Positions 1 through 12,787 of a stretch of DNA of 64,000 bases are shown here, one piece after another. A model generated the notes under the pieces. That model was not told where the DNA came from and did not search any database. It saw only the letters and a program-made list of their open reading frames with translations. The translations under genes and the position numbers were made by a program. Within the stretch, counting starts at the first letter, position 1; the number at the start of each line of letters is the position of its first letter. The stretch comes from Plasmodiophora brassicae (Eukaryota): positions 1,798,001-1,862,000 of the forward strand of contig CP145410.1 in NCBI GenBank assembly GCA_036867785.1, written 5' to 3'.

Positions 1-2664
1 CTCATCCAAGGCGTCACAATGTACGACAACGCTCAGCAGCGGCGAAGAAGAGGCATCGGAAAGAGTGGGTGTGGGCAGGAGCTCTGGTTTGCGTTGTTTC
101 GGGCAACTGTTCTGCCGTCGTTTAGCACGTTTAGACGTCAACGGAAGCGCAATAGCGCTAACGTGCAGGTCGACATCGTGCCTCATCGAGGAACCGCCTA
201 CCTCCGGTCGAGAAGACGACGTCGACGGTAACACCGAGGTGCACTGCGCCACGATCTTTGCTTCGATCCAACTGCTAAGGCCGGGTAGTCTTGGCATGCG
301 CTTATGCTGAAGCAGACGATGGAAGTCGTACAGAACACCGCACATCTCGGCATGAGGGAGCATCTCACGGCCCCACACGTTTGTGTCATTGCAAGCGATC
401 ACAAATAGTGTCGCGCTGACGTCGCTCATCAGTTCAGCAACGTTTCGCAGGTTTCCGTTCGAGTCGAGAACGAGGGCGACCCGGGCAGCCAGCAACGAGT
501 AAGCAGCTGGGCAGCGCGGTAAGCGCGTCACGGCCAGCAAGGCGTCATCAACGGACGTTGATAAGGTCGATGAGCTGCTGACCGCGTTCAGGAACGCGAT
601 TTGTCCGGCGAACATTGGGGCAAAGTCTCTGGCATCCAAACGCGTTACTTTGCCGACCTTATCAGAGCGGCGTAACGAGAGCTGCGCCACGAAGTTCATG
701 AGGCGACGCCAGATCTCAAATGCTGCAGGAATGCGTGCGATGGCATTGGAAATGGCCTTTTTCAGGTAGCGATCACGGCGAGCGAACAACAAAGCGATTA
801 ACCGAATGCACTCCAGACGAGCATCGTCATTCGTCCCCTTTTTCAGTTCCTCCAGGATACGGTCAACGCGAGCGCAGGAAACAGGTTCACTGATTTTGGT
901 TTGCAAGGCTGTCATCCACCAGTTGGGGCCCATTTGGGTAACCTCGACCAGGTCCAATAGCAGCAGAATGGCGCGTCGCAATGCGTCTGGGAAGGGCCGT
1001 TCAAAGAATCGGCCAAAATTCTGCAAGAGGCTCACGTGACAACCGGACAGGAGGATTGGCAGCACATCGTTGACCGAGTCAAATGGTGCCGTGAACAAAT
1101 TGGCCTCAACTGAGGTCCAGTTACGTGCCTCCCGGAAGTCAGCAGTTCCAAGAAATGCCAAGACCATGATCGGGTTGGACCATTTGATGTCTGGGTGAAT
1201 GACCACTTTGCTCAGGTGGCCCACGTCGAATGTCGTGGAATCATCAGGTTGGACCATCGTGCAGAACTTTCGCAAGATAACCACCCGATCATCGTCATGG
1301 TCGTCGTAATCGGCAGACAGCGCTCTCTGGCAGATGTAGCGTAACGACGAATTTGTCGACGGTCGGGAGAGCAAATCGTGTACACCATCATCAGTCTCTA
1401 AGTTCAGGCCAAGGTCCTGGAAGACCAGTTCAGGCATCATCTGGCGAATATCGAAAACATTCCGCCAGAGTGACCTTGTATCTTGAAGTGACCAGTTGGC
1501 AAATGAAACAGACCGGAATACTGATGCGGGTGATAGAGCCACCGCCTTCGCCATACCATGTACAATGTAATCATCACGGTCCGTGGACACCATTAGGACG
1601 CTCTCGTTCGCCGCCATGCAAGGGACAGCCTGCGCTGACAGTTTCTGCTGCTCTCGTGCATACGCATTGTCAACTGTCTGCGCAAGACGAGCAAATGCAG
1701 AAGGGTTCCCATACAGAAGCGATTGTGTGACGGCGTGTGCGAATTCAATATGGATCCGCATGGAGGATATCCCGGGCGTCCATATTGCGTGTGTCGCTTT
1801 GTCGAGGTGGATGATGGCATCAAGGTACTGCCTACGGGCGCTTGCAATGAACCACAGTGTCAGAGGGTGGCTTGGTCGACATTTTGCGGATTCAAACATG
1901 TCGACGATTGGCTGAAGTTCCCATCGCAAGTTCTCGAGCTGCGACAACGATGTGAGAAAGCTGCCTTCCAAAGCGGTACCACAGACCACGTTTCTCAATC
2001 GAGAAAATCCCGGCTTAGCAGCGATTTGACGAATAGATGGCAGCGCCCGTAGCGTGTGTTTGACAACGGAGTCATCCTCCATATCGTTGTCGACAGCAAA
2101 TTTCGTCACAGCAGCGGCAACGTGTGATCCAGGGTTGTCCGGGAACACGCTGGTCAGCTCGTCAGCAATACGACGGGCCTCGTCCAGCCAGGTCTGGCGG
2201 TAGTGTCTCTCGGGAGGAAAGGCGTAGGCAGCAACAATCCGGTGGATGGCTTCCAGATACAACCACGCGAATGTCGCCGGCCGACCGCACAGTTGCCAAG
2301 ACGCCGAGCAGAACGTCCGCTCTGTGAGAGTCAGCACCCTCTCGTCCAGCATGGCAGTGTAGAATTGCTGAATCGCCGGTAACACCACCGGACAGAACGT
2401 GCCTTCACGAACCGGATGATGATCCCCAATAACTCGATGAAGCGTCCTGTTGCATTCGCGAGCCTTTTCCACGTTCCAGGGGTCAACGTCATCAGGACCC
2501 AGCCTATAGCATATCTGGACAGCTAGAAGCAGCGGCCTGACGCGCTGTAGCCGCACATCGCCTCCCATCATGCCTTTCCGAACCAGACGATGCAGGTAGG
2601 CATCTCCGTTGCACGCGGCGACATGCAGCAGCGACGCGGCCGCGAGCAACACTATCGCCACCAT
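1..2664 (-). CDS. Large intronless orphan protein with N-terminal signal peptide, at least 888 aa, 3' end beyond window
   Basis: Manual translation from ATG at 2664 (MVAIVLLAAASLLHVAACNGDAYLHRLVRKG...) stays open to position 1. It is absent from the ORF track, probably because no stop codon lies in the window. Confidence 0.8.
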   Translation of the reverse strand, partial: MVAIVLLAAASLLHVAACNGDAYLHRLVRKGMMGGDVRLQRVRPLLLAVQICYRLGPDDVDPWNVEKARECNRTLHRVIGDHHPVREGTFCPVVLPAIQQFYTAMLDERVLTLTERTFCSASWQLCGRPATFAWLYLEAIHRIVAAYAFPPERHYRQTWLDEARRIADELTSVFPDNPGSHVAAAVTKFAVDNDMEDDSVVKHTLRALPSIRQIAAKPGFSRLRNVVCGTALEGSFLTSLSQLENLRWELQPIVDMFESAKCRPSHPLTLWFIASARRQYLDAIIHLDKATHAIWTPGISSMRIHIEFAHAVTQSLLYGNPSAFARLAQTVDNAYAREQQKLSAQAVPCMAANESVLMVSTDRDDYIVHGMAKAVALSPASVFRSVSFANWSLQDTRSLWRNVFDIRQMMPELVFQDLGLNLETDDGVHDLLSRPSTNSSLRYICQRALSADYDDHDDDRVVILRKFCTMVQPDDSTTFDVGHLSKVVIHPDIKWSNPIMVLAFLGTADFREARNWTSVEANLFTAPFDSVNDVLPILLSGCHVSLLQNFGRFFERPFPDALRRAILLLLDLVEVTQMGPNWWMTALQTKISEPVSCARVDRILEELKKGTNDDARLECIRLIALLFARRDRYLKKAISNAIARIPAAFEIWRRLMNFVAQLSLRRSDKVGKVTRLDARDFAPMFAGQIAFLNAVSSSSTLSTSVDDALLAVTRLPRCPAAYSLLAARVALVLDSNGNLRNVAELMSDVSATLFVIACNDTNVWGREMLPHAEMCGVLYDFHRLLQHKRMPRLPGLSSWIEAKIVAQCTSVLPSTSSSRPEVGGSSMRHDVDLHVSAIALPLTSKRAKRRQNSCPKQRKPELLPTPTLSDASSSPLLSVVVHCDALDE

Positions 2665-2887
2665 GCTGTCGGCGCCTGACCGTCGAAGTTGCGTGCAGAC
2701 AATCTCCGCCGCTGAGCTGCAGGCCGCCAGCGGCGCAAGTCCGCCAGGCCACATCGGAAATCCGCGGCCCGTGTCCCAGTCCGTCACAAACGCACGTCTG
2801 TTCATCCCGATCATATCATTCTAGTCCAACCTGCTGGAATGTACAGCTGATGTATATATGGTATGAAACTGTCCGTTGCAGATGAAT

Positions 2888-5800
2888 CTACAACGCGTTG
2901 GAGGTGTCGTCCGGATCGCCGGTTACGTCGAGGGCGTTGTCAGTGACGTCGACGGATTCGACTTTCATCCGCCGTCGGCTGACTGCCTTCTTTAGAGAGT
3001 GCGAAGGGTCTTGGTCCGCCCTTCTGGCTGGCTGCAACTGCGGAGGCAGCTGATCTTCTTCCGCTGCCGGATCAACAAACGTCGTGACTGTGATCCCAGA
3101 CGGACACTTGGTGATGTAGGACTCCAGCCTGGTGCTCCGCTCCGCTTTCAGTGCGATCGTCGTTCCGTTGCAGGTGAACCTCCACCCATCGTTCGGCATG
3201 CCCAGATCATTGATGATCTGCGCGCGGACATCGTCCAGTGTTGCCGACGGCCCGACAAGAACAGCACCCATCACTCGAGCCTGGTTGGTCTTCGTCACCA
3301 GCGACACCTTTACGATGACGTCGCTCGCGACAGTACTGCTCGTCGTCGTCGACTGCCCGACCGGTGCGACATCTCGAAGCACCGCTCGCTGGCCAATGGT
3401 ACCAAACACGCCAAACTTCCCTTCCTGCTTCTTGGCTATGGGCGCGTCCCCCGCCAGGAACAACCACTGGTCCGGAACCTTGCCACCCAGTGATTCGCTG
3501 ATGACGCTTCGCAGGTCCTCGAGCTTCAAAGTCTGCGTTCTAGGGAACAGAACGAACCCCACAGGGGTGTCGTACCCTTCCATAAACACATCGATCCGCT
3601 CCTGGGTGCTGACATGTCGCCTGGGCGATGCTTCAATAGCGTCAACGGCATGCGGAGGCATCGGCAACTGCTGCTGTTTGGCTGCAGCGAGTGTGGAAGA
3701 AGGGGCAGAAGGTGTAGCTGATGAGCTGGGAACCGCGGTTTGGGGCCTGGTCTCGACTGGCTTCGGTTGACTGAAAAGCAATAGGCTGGACTCCAGCGTG
3801 CCATCATCCGGCTCGTTGATGATACTGGCGCGTGACGCGATCCGTTTCGCTTCATCCTGCGCGGGGACGTTTCGTTCCGCCTTCCAGGCGCGGGATTTGT
3901 TGGGAATCGACGGCGACACCTTGCCTTTCTTAGCCTCCAGCAGCGTGATCGATGGCGGAGGCTCGTCGGGTGGCATGTTCAACTCCTCGACCAACTTTGC
4001 GACGTTGACACCGAGCGCCGAACGTCGGAACTCGGGCGTTGCCGTTTTCGATGCCTTACTGTTGACCTCGAGCGTTGGTGTGGACGACGTCACATCCGTT
4101 GTCCGGATCGTGATCAAGAACGCGTTCTCACCCACGGCGGTTCCGATCTCCCCGAGACGCATCGTGTTCTCCTGTCGGAACCCGACTGGGTTTGCCCCCG
4201 AGAGGAACACGAAATCCTGCAGGTCCGGCAACGCCTTCTGGATCATCTGCCTGACTGCGATCAATCGTTTCGGGCCAGCGTCCACCGCCACGGGGATCGA
4301 TGTCGCCTGCCTTCCTCCTTCCACGCGCACGTCGATGTAATTCGACTTGTCCTCCTTGCTGGTGTTGTACGCTGCCGGAGCGACACCGTCAGGTGCAATT
4401 TCGACGTTGGAAGTCTGCGCGGGAGACGCCTCATCAAGACTGGGCGGCGCAGCAGGCGCCGATTCGTTCTGTGCTGATTTGCCGTCAGTCTTGCTCTCGA
4501 GCGCGGTGCTGACTGTCGGGGATGGTGGTTCAGATTCAGGAGGGGGCATGCTCCAGGACAGCACGGAACCAGGGTATCCTGCGATGAGGCTGGGGCGGTG
4601 TTCATGTTTAGGAGTTGGCCTATTGGACGATGTTGCGTGCCGGGTGATGGTGCTAGGCCGAGGCGTACTGTTGACGACAGGCCGGATCAGGATGAAGAAG
4701 ACGTTGTCTGCTCCATTAACGGCGACAGCAACCTCCGACAGTCGAACAGTGTTTTCTTGGCGGAACCCAACGGTGACGTTGCTGACCTTCACGAGGAAAA
4801 CGAACTCAGGCAGATCCGACGACGCCTTCACCATTAGATCCCGAATCGAAATCAGTCGTTTCTTCAGCGAAGGTTTTGGAACCAACAAGGTCGACGCCGG
4901 TGGTCCGGATTGCCCTTCGGTGCGGATTTCCAGTCGAATCATCCCATCAGCGATCTCATTCGATGACGAATTTGTCGAAGTTGTCGTTGTCTCTTCGATA
5001 ACAGGGACCTTATCTTCGTCGGCGGGTATCGGATCGACAACCGGTGGTCCAGCGGGAATCGCTGAACCTTCCTGCGTCTGCAGCCGAATGCGTTCGGCCA
5101 GCAAGAGGACGAGTTCGTACCCGCAGGTGACGTCATGAACGCGCCAGCGGCCGAGGTCCACCGGGGTGGGCATAGGCACCATCCCCATTGTCGATCTACT
5201 GTCTCCCGTCGACACCCCGTCAAGATCGTGAGGAGTTCCCCAACGGAACAACGCCCCTGACGAGGTGACCGCCAGGGTCATCGACTTCCCACAAGCGACC
5301 GTGCTAATCGTGACGTTGTCGAACGCGGGAACCTTAACGGGAACAGTCGACTGTCGTTGAAAGGCAGGGTCGACAAGCCCAAGTTGACCGCCCGTGTTGC
5401 ATCCCCAGACGTAGAGCGCGCCGTCGCGATCCATCAACGCTGCGTGCCGTGACCCGGCACGAATCGAAACGGCTCGTCCTTGAACGGCCCTGTTCGTGAT
5501 ACGCGTCAGAGCTGGACGATCCAGGCAGTCGCCATGCCCCAAACGCCCATGGCGTCCACTGCCGCACGAATAGACAAGGCCTTGATCCGTTAGAACGTAC
5601 CTAAACATGTTTTCAGACCACCAATTTGCATTTAACGCGATGCTGTCTTACGTGCTTTCAGTGGCGCAAGCGATCTGGCTGACTTTAGCGGTCAAGGTGA
5701 TGTCAAGAGGGACAGGTTTGAAGTGGTGAACGGACTGATCGCGCCCGAGCCAGGGTCCCTGGCCGCCCCAGGTCCAGAGGCGGTTGTCCTCGGTGCAGAC

Positions 5801-7330
5801 GACGCTGTGCTTAGCGGCGGTGGCCAACGCTGTGACCGTCGTTGATTCGAAAGCAGTGATTCGTGTCGCTTGTGCAACGACCTTCACCTGTCCGCGCATG
5901 CCTAACAACGAGCACCGACCCCAGCCGTAGAGGTGTCCGGCCCCGTCTAACGCCAAATGGTGATCGCGACCGCACGAAACCGACTGGAACACAACAGGAC
6001 TTGGGTCTTCGGTGCTGATGCGCATGACTGGCGACATGGTGACGCCGTCGTCCTTAACAGACCAAGCCAGCAGGTGCCCGGAAGTGGTGACGGCGGCCGC
6101 CTCCGAACAGGACGCCGATATGTAGGCGAGGTTATCGGCGATGTTCACGAGAGACAGTGTCCCGTCTGCCTGCAGAGACAGGACGTGACGATCCGATGAC
6201 GACCAGGCTGATGATAACATGGGATCGTGCTCGATCGCCACGTCACTGGCAAGCTCTTTGTGGGCGCCGTCGGGCGTTGGCACATCCGCAATTTCGTCCG
6301 CGTCCTTCTTGATATGATCGCTGTCATCGGTTTTGACGAATACGTTATGGAAGGCGGTGCCTTTGTCCGACACGACGACATCGTCGGGCTTGATGCTCTT
6401 CCGCCCGGAGACCAGCTCGGATATCGTCATCCCGCGCATTGACCTGCCGACGACGGCCACAGGGGCTATCGACGACTGCGACGGCAGCGGCTCCTCCTCG
6501 ACTTCCTCGACTTCGTCATCGTCCGCCGCGGCTGCGGCAAATGATATCTTCCTCGGAGCGGCGACAGGCTCAAGTCTCGCAGTTGTCTGCACCACGGAGT
6601 GTTTCGCAGCTGCGCGTGCCGAGGAGGGCCTCTGCACCAGCGGGTGCGCCACTGGCGCAATGTTCTCCGTGGACTGCAGCGCGGCCGCACTGGAGATCTG
6701 CGAGTGCGGGGTCGGCGCAGGCGACTGCATCAGTGGCTGCGACGATTTCGCGCGCAGCGCCATGGCGCGATTGAACGCCACGATCCATTCCTGGCGGTCG
6801 CGTTCCGTGCCGACTTCGAGGTCGTGGTCGACGTCGTCGGCGCCGGTGAGCACGATGGACGCCTTGCCGACCAGGCGGATCTTGCTGGACGTCAGGTCGA
6901 CGACGGTCGTCGGCGTCGCGCTGACGGTGATGACGAGGCGCGCGTCGGCGGTTAAGACCAACGTGACGGTTGCAGATGCCATCTGGGCCGGTCCCGATCG
7001 CAGCGGGCGATCCGGCGCCTTCAACGACCGGTCGAGAAGCGACCGGAGCATGGCCTCCTGCTGACGGGCGTCGAACATTGTTTGCGATGCAATGTCGATG
7101 GGCAACGCGTCGGTGCGGTAGATGGTCAGCATAAGCGGGTCGCGAAGCTCGACCTGGACGCAGAGGATGCGCTGGACCGGGATCTCGATCGACAGCAACC
7201 CGTTGACGAACACCTCCACCGACTGCCGGAACGCGTTGACGCGCACGATCGACGGCGTTGCCGGCCGACCCGGCAGCCCGACATCGAACCGCGCCGGGAT
7301 GCAATGCTGGGCCTGGACCTGATCTGCCAT
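2888..7330 (-). CDS. PH-like + RCC1-repeat + four ubiquitin-like-domain protein (about 1,460 aa, 2 exons)
   Basis: Start MADQVQAQ at 7330. GT-AG intron 5651-5601 joins ORFs 5648..8035 and 2888..5608 in frame. RCC1 motifs: VSCGRDHHLAL, GSGRHGRLGHG, WGCNTGGQLGL. PH-type end ERDRQEWIVAFNRA. Confidence 0.8.
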
Positions 7331-7497
7331 GCCGCCGCCACCGCCGCCGCCGTGGTCTTGTACACGCTCGACGATTACCCTACGAGTACGCTGCGGCGAT
7401 CTTGTCCAGATCGCACACGTTCCCGGACCAGTCGGTTGTGTATTGTTCAGGAGCCATTCTAGCGGGAAGGGCTGGCGTCCCCGGCGCCCGCGATGGT

Positions 7498-10400
7498 TCA
7501 CCGGTCCAGCTGACGACGAACATAGTCCTTCAGCGTGCTCATCTGGTTCATGACGTCGGGCGGGATCAGCATGAGAAGCGACCGCGTGCGCTTGATGTTG
7601 GCGTCGAGCTCGCCGATCAGCGGCTCGAAGACGAACACGTACGACAGGACGATGGCGACCATGACCAATGCGAACAATGTGATCTGCAGCGACTGCAGGC
7701 TGGTGACTTGGTCCTTGACAAGGGTTCTGACCAGCTCCGCCACGTTCGTCATCGCCTGCGATAGGAACTGGAAGACAGCGACCGTGCTTGTCGCGAACGA
7801 CGGCGTTTGGAACGTCGTGTTGATGGCGGTCGGCGTCATCAGCGAGTAGAACCCGAAAGGGAGCTGTGTTCGTGCGGCTTGCGCCTCGTACGTCTTCTGA
7901 ATAGCGTCGAACCGATGCGCGCTCTGCTGGATCAGCATCATGACCAGGCGCATGGCCGCCTGCAGGCCCGCCGTCATCATGCCGTGATTGAACGTCTGGC
8001 ACGCCGCGTAATCGACACCGTTCGTCGTCACCCACCCGTTGCAGGCGTCAAAGACCCAGACCGTCAGACGCGCGTCGGAGAAGTACTTCCGGTTCAGGAT
8101 GCCCGGCTCGGGGTACCCGGGGAACCCGAACATGAACAGGCGCTGGTGGTTGTCCAGGACGCTCAACTCGTTGACCACGTCCGCGTACTGGTACCCGAAC
8201 GCGTTGGCGGTCGGCCCACCGGTGCCGGCGCCGAGCGCGCGCACCGACGTCATCATCAGCATCGTCTGCACGATGCGCATGCCGACAAAGTTCAGGTCGT
8301 TGCACCCGGTGTCCAGCAGCTCGGTTGGCGCCGGCGCGTAGATGATCGCGCCGAGCACGGCGGCAATGTACGCGGCGACGACGATGACCAGGAAGTACAT
8401 CTTGACGAACATGGCCGCCTTGCGAACGTTAAACGTCTCGCCAGTCGACACCATGCGACGCTTGCTGGCATCTTCGGTCTTCTTCTTCATCTTCGGAACG
8501 CCGACCACCTGCCCAGCATCCTCCTTGTTGGCGGCACCGGCCGGGCCGGCGCTTGAATGATCAGACCGGGTGTCCGGTTCGCGTTGCGACCCGGCGCCGA
8601 CGCCCTGCTGTGCTAGGGCAGCATTGAAGTCGGCGGCGTCGTCAAGGTCGTCCCCATCAGCGGCATCGGAAGAACGTTGGTCCAGCCGGTCCTGGAACTT
8701 CTTCTCGAGCGCGGCGACCTTGTCGACCGAGATCTCCAGGAAGAACCCGATGATCTGGTCCTCGTCGCGCTCGATCGATTTAACAACTGAACAACATCAC
8801 CGGTCAGCGTCTTCGAGAGACGTGTCAGCGGGCATGATTACGTGGACGTAGCAACGTGAACAGGATGCCAATGATCAAGACGATCGAGACGACGGCCATG
8901 ATGATAAACTGTTCATTGGCCGACACCAGGGCCGCCTTGCCTTCTTCCGCGAGGCCGTTCGCCGTCGAGTTCAGCATGCCGAGCATCGACGAGTCCCCGC
9001 GATGGTTCATCATGAGGATGTAGAGCAACTCGGACCCGGGGCCGAGCTGGTCCAGCGGCGTCGTCGCCGCGATCTGCGCCTTGCCGGCAACGTACGAGCA
9101 GGCTTGATGCACCAGCTGCCGGACGATGACATTCGACGACCCGACCCGCGTGTTCAATTCCACAACCGCAGACGATTCCGCGTTAAGGACCGCCGACCCG
9201 AGGCTTGACGACGAATGCACAAAGTCGTCGTTCTGGATCAGGGCGACGGCGTTCGCCACCTGGATCAGCACACACACAGTCAGCCCCCTCGAACCGGAGC
9301 GTACGACCAGCACAGCGCACGAGGTTGGACCGGGCTATATCCTCCGACGCGAACGGCAACTGGATGCCCTGGCTCATGAACATCAACGACTGGGCGTTGT
9401 ACGCGATCTGCATGAGGTTGGTTCGCCGCTTGACAGCAGCGTTCAGCACGTCCAGGTACTGGTTGTCTGAGACGGACAACAGCCAATCAGGCCTCAGGGC
9501 AAGAGCGGTACGTGAACGCCCGTTTGAACGTACAGGTATCGAAGCTCATGAACTGGACGACGAAGACGGCGGTCATGATGCCCATGATGGCCAGGACCGC
9601 GACGCGGTACACGCGTCGGAATGAGAACAGCGTCCTGTCCAGGGACTTGCCCCGGCGGTTCAAATTGGTGAGGAGGACGCTGACGGACGACGACGCTGTT
9701 CCCGAGGAACCCGTCGCTCCGCTGACGACCGTTGACGCCTTCTTCTCCGGATCACCGGCCACAGCCTTCTGCACGCCGGAAGCAGCGGTGCCTGCTGTCC
9801 GCCCGCCCTCGACGGTGGCGGACCCGCTTCCAGGCGGCACGCTCCGGAACTCGGTCACGCCACCAGGCGATGTGACGGTCGTGCCACCGACGTCGGACGC
9901 CTTCTCATCGCTGGCGCTGTCGCTGGACGACGACCCGGCCGAAGCATCATCACCAATGCCCTGCTGGCCTTGGACACGAATACGAACAATGTCGACGACG
10001 TCGCCATTGCCGATCGGCATCGGATCGAAACGCATCTGCACATGCATGGCGACGTCGTTGACGACGATCTTCATGTCCATCCCGGCGGATTCGTCGTTCG
10101 CGAACGACTCGTCGGCCTCGAACGCGGCGCGTCTGTCGTCGTAATCTGGAATTAGGCTGCGAATAGCGATGTCTCGCGCGTCCACCCTGTCCTTCGTGAT
10201 GCCGAACAGCTCCAGGGCGGTCTGTGACACGGCCGTCACCAACCCATCCCTGCGGTCGACGACCATCTGCACGTCGTCGTGGTTCATCGCCGTGACGATG
10301 CCGAGGTACGACAACGCCATGCCGTTGTTCTCGACGAACGCCTTCAGGTAGATGGCCGCGTCCGCTATCAACCCGTTGCGCTTCAGGACGACGATCTTGC

Positions 10401-12449
10401 GCTTCCGGTCCAGCAGGCGCGACCGGGGCTCGCAGACGTTCCTGCGGACCATGGCCGTGTGCGCCCGGGAGATCGGCTCCGGGACTGCACGCGCACAGTC
10501 AGCGCCCGCGCGCCGCAACAAACGAAGGTTCGCCCCAGCGGCCACCTACTGATGATATCGAGCTGTTTGCCGACCAGGGCGGCCCGCGACAGACCGAACA
10601 GGGCCTCGGCGGCGTCGTTGACGTTCGTGATCTGGCAGAGCGTGCGCGGGTCACCGCTGATGACGACGATGGCGGACCGGTCGCTGAAAAGCGTGCTGCG
10701 GAACGACTGGTCGTGCGATCGCGCGTCTTCCGCCTTCTCCAGCGTCGACGCGCGTTCTTCCAGGGCCTGACCGCTGCCGGGGTCGTGCCCGAGGTCCGCC
10801 AGGAACTTTGCAAACTGACGCAACGATGATACCGATCGGCTGTGAATGCGGAACATGTCCTTGTAGGCGGCACGAGCGGCGTGCTCGTCCCTGGAGATGG
10901 CCTCGCCGAGCGTCCGAAGCAGGTCAGTGTCCGGGGTCGGCTGGCGAAGTTCGCCCCAGAACAGCGTCAGCGACTTGGTCAGCGACTCCTCGTAGCGTTC
11001 GCCGGACGCCAGGTGCGCCGTGTACCGGTTAAAGTCGACGACCTCCCGGTTGGCCTCCGACTCGAGGATTACGCGCTCGCTGTCCCGCTGCGTCCGATAG
11101 ACGAGGAAGTCGTAGTCGACGGCGGACTCGAGGGCGGCCGCCCGCCCCAGGTGGTCGTACCCGACGTACTTGATGTCCAGGAATCGGAAGTGCAGGACGG
11201 CGGCCCGGATCTGCAGGTAGACCGACGTCGGGAACTTGCTCAGGCCGGCCTCCATGATCGACTTGGCCTCAGCGTAGAACGGCGCGGTGGTGTCCTCCTC
11301 AACCGACCGGTCACTGGTCAGGTTGAAGATCTCCTCCTCGGTGGCGTCCTCGTTCAGCTTGGACAGCGTCCACTGCAGGTACGCCTCCCTGGCCGTCTTT
11401 TCAGCTTTCTGGAGCACGAGACGGCATTTGAGGTCAATCTCGTACGGGTCTTGGAGACTGTCCACTGGAACCGCCTCGATCTGACTGATGCGCATGGTGA
11501 TCAGGACGATGGCGCCGCCGATAACAATGAGGAGGCCGGCGAGCAGCATGTAGACCGGGCCGTTTGACGAAGGGTTATCGATGGCAACGGCGACGGCGTA
11601 CACGATGCCGATCCAGACCTGGGCCCAGAGCAGTGACCCGCGCAAGTACGTCAGCCGACGAGAATACTCGGGCAGGATCCACATGTAGACGTAGGCCATG
11701 GCGGCGGGACCGCCCAGACCGACCAGCAGCATGACGTAGTTGCTCGCCGCCGAAGAGACCGTGCCGCCGACTACGAACGATGTCTTCAGCATCAGGTACG
11801 CCAGCTCAACGCGTTGCGTTGGGCGGGACACGATCGAGGAGGCCTTCAGGTCCATCGGGGACAGAATGGCAACGGAGACAGCCGACGCGACAATGAGGAT
11901 CAACGAGGCCAACGTGCAAAGCCCGCCGCTGGCGGAGGACGACGACGACGACGACGCGTTGCTGTTGGCGCTGTTGATGAGGACACTCAGCAGTGGGATG
12001 TACAAGACGGTGCTGACGAGGACGAGGACAACGCGAAAGACCTTCTGGAATAGGGCTGATCCGGTCAGCTTGTCGCTGACGATGCCGAGTGCGCCAGCGA
12101 TGGCGATGGCGTAGACGATGAGGCTGACGAGGAGCGGCGCGCTGTTGGCAATGGCGCCGTCGAGGGGAACGCGACCTACGATGGCGCAGAGCTGGCGTAT
12201 CCAGAGCGTGTCGGCCGGGGCCCAGACCAGGTGGGTCGTGTCGATAGGGAACAGGAACTGGCACATCTGCAGGGCCTCCAGGACGTACGCGGCGATCCAA
12301 AGCACGTTCAGCGACGACTTGTTGGCGTGCAGCGTCAGCGCATACGACAGCGCGAACGCGTTCTTCCCGAAATGCTTCAGCGCGTCCAGGACGGCGCTCT
12401 CGTCGCCGAGCTTGGCCGTCTCCATCCTGTCGTCGCCCGCGTCCGCCAT
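7498..12449 (-). CDS. TmcB/TmcC-like (tiny macrocysts family) multi-pass membrane PAS protein, copy 1 (5 exons, about 1,567 aa)
   Basis: N-terminal multi-TM block, helical TPR-like region, PAS motif (ITNVNDAAEALFGLSRAALVGKQLDIIIPEPISRAH after splicing), further TM pairs, C-terminal RTRSLLMLIP. Introns at 10549-10485, 9533-9467, 9320-9260 and 8841-8787. Confidence 0.8.
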
Positions 12450-12475
12450 TGGTGCCGTGTCGAGGCTGTGAACGC

Positions 12476-12569
12476 GAAATGCCACAGTCGACCGGGGGCG
12501 CTCCGGCACAGACCCCCACGCGCTGCTGCCTTCCCACTGCCCACACACGAGACGTCACCCAATCACAGG
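12476..12569 (-). promoter_or_regulatory. Conserved upstream motifs of the TmcB/C paralogues (CATTTC Inr-like, GTCTGTGCCGG, CCTGTGATTGGsTGACG)
   Basis: On the plus strand: gaaatg at 12476/17771/22887, ccggcacagac at 12503/17798/22910, and cgtcasccaatcacagg at 12553/17844, all within otherwise diverged spacers. Confidence 0.55.
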
Positions 12570-12787
12570 CAACGCGTACCCAATTCCACCCTGTACAGGC
12601 AGTCCTCAGGAGTCTCTCTCCCTCAATGATGCCGTTCCCAGTTATGAAGTTCGCGCGACAACCGCCTGTAGAGTGCAATGGCAGGCGCGGAACGTCCGGT
12701 CGGCTCGTCGGACAGTGCAATGGACCTGCTGGGACTGGCACACACAGAACAGGTACGCGCGTGCGAGACGTCGCCGCTGTATTGTGT

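Noticed and set aside
2575-2610. RLVR after the signal peptide as an RxLR motif
   Set aside because: It does not match RxLR and has no dEER.
5648-8035. 795-aa ORF suggesting a TmcB/C-RCC1 fusion or overlap
   Set aside because: The N-terminal part is an alternative frame of the copy 1 end; credible coding starts at ATG 7330.
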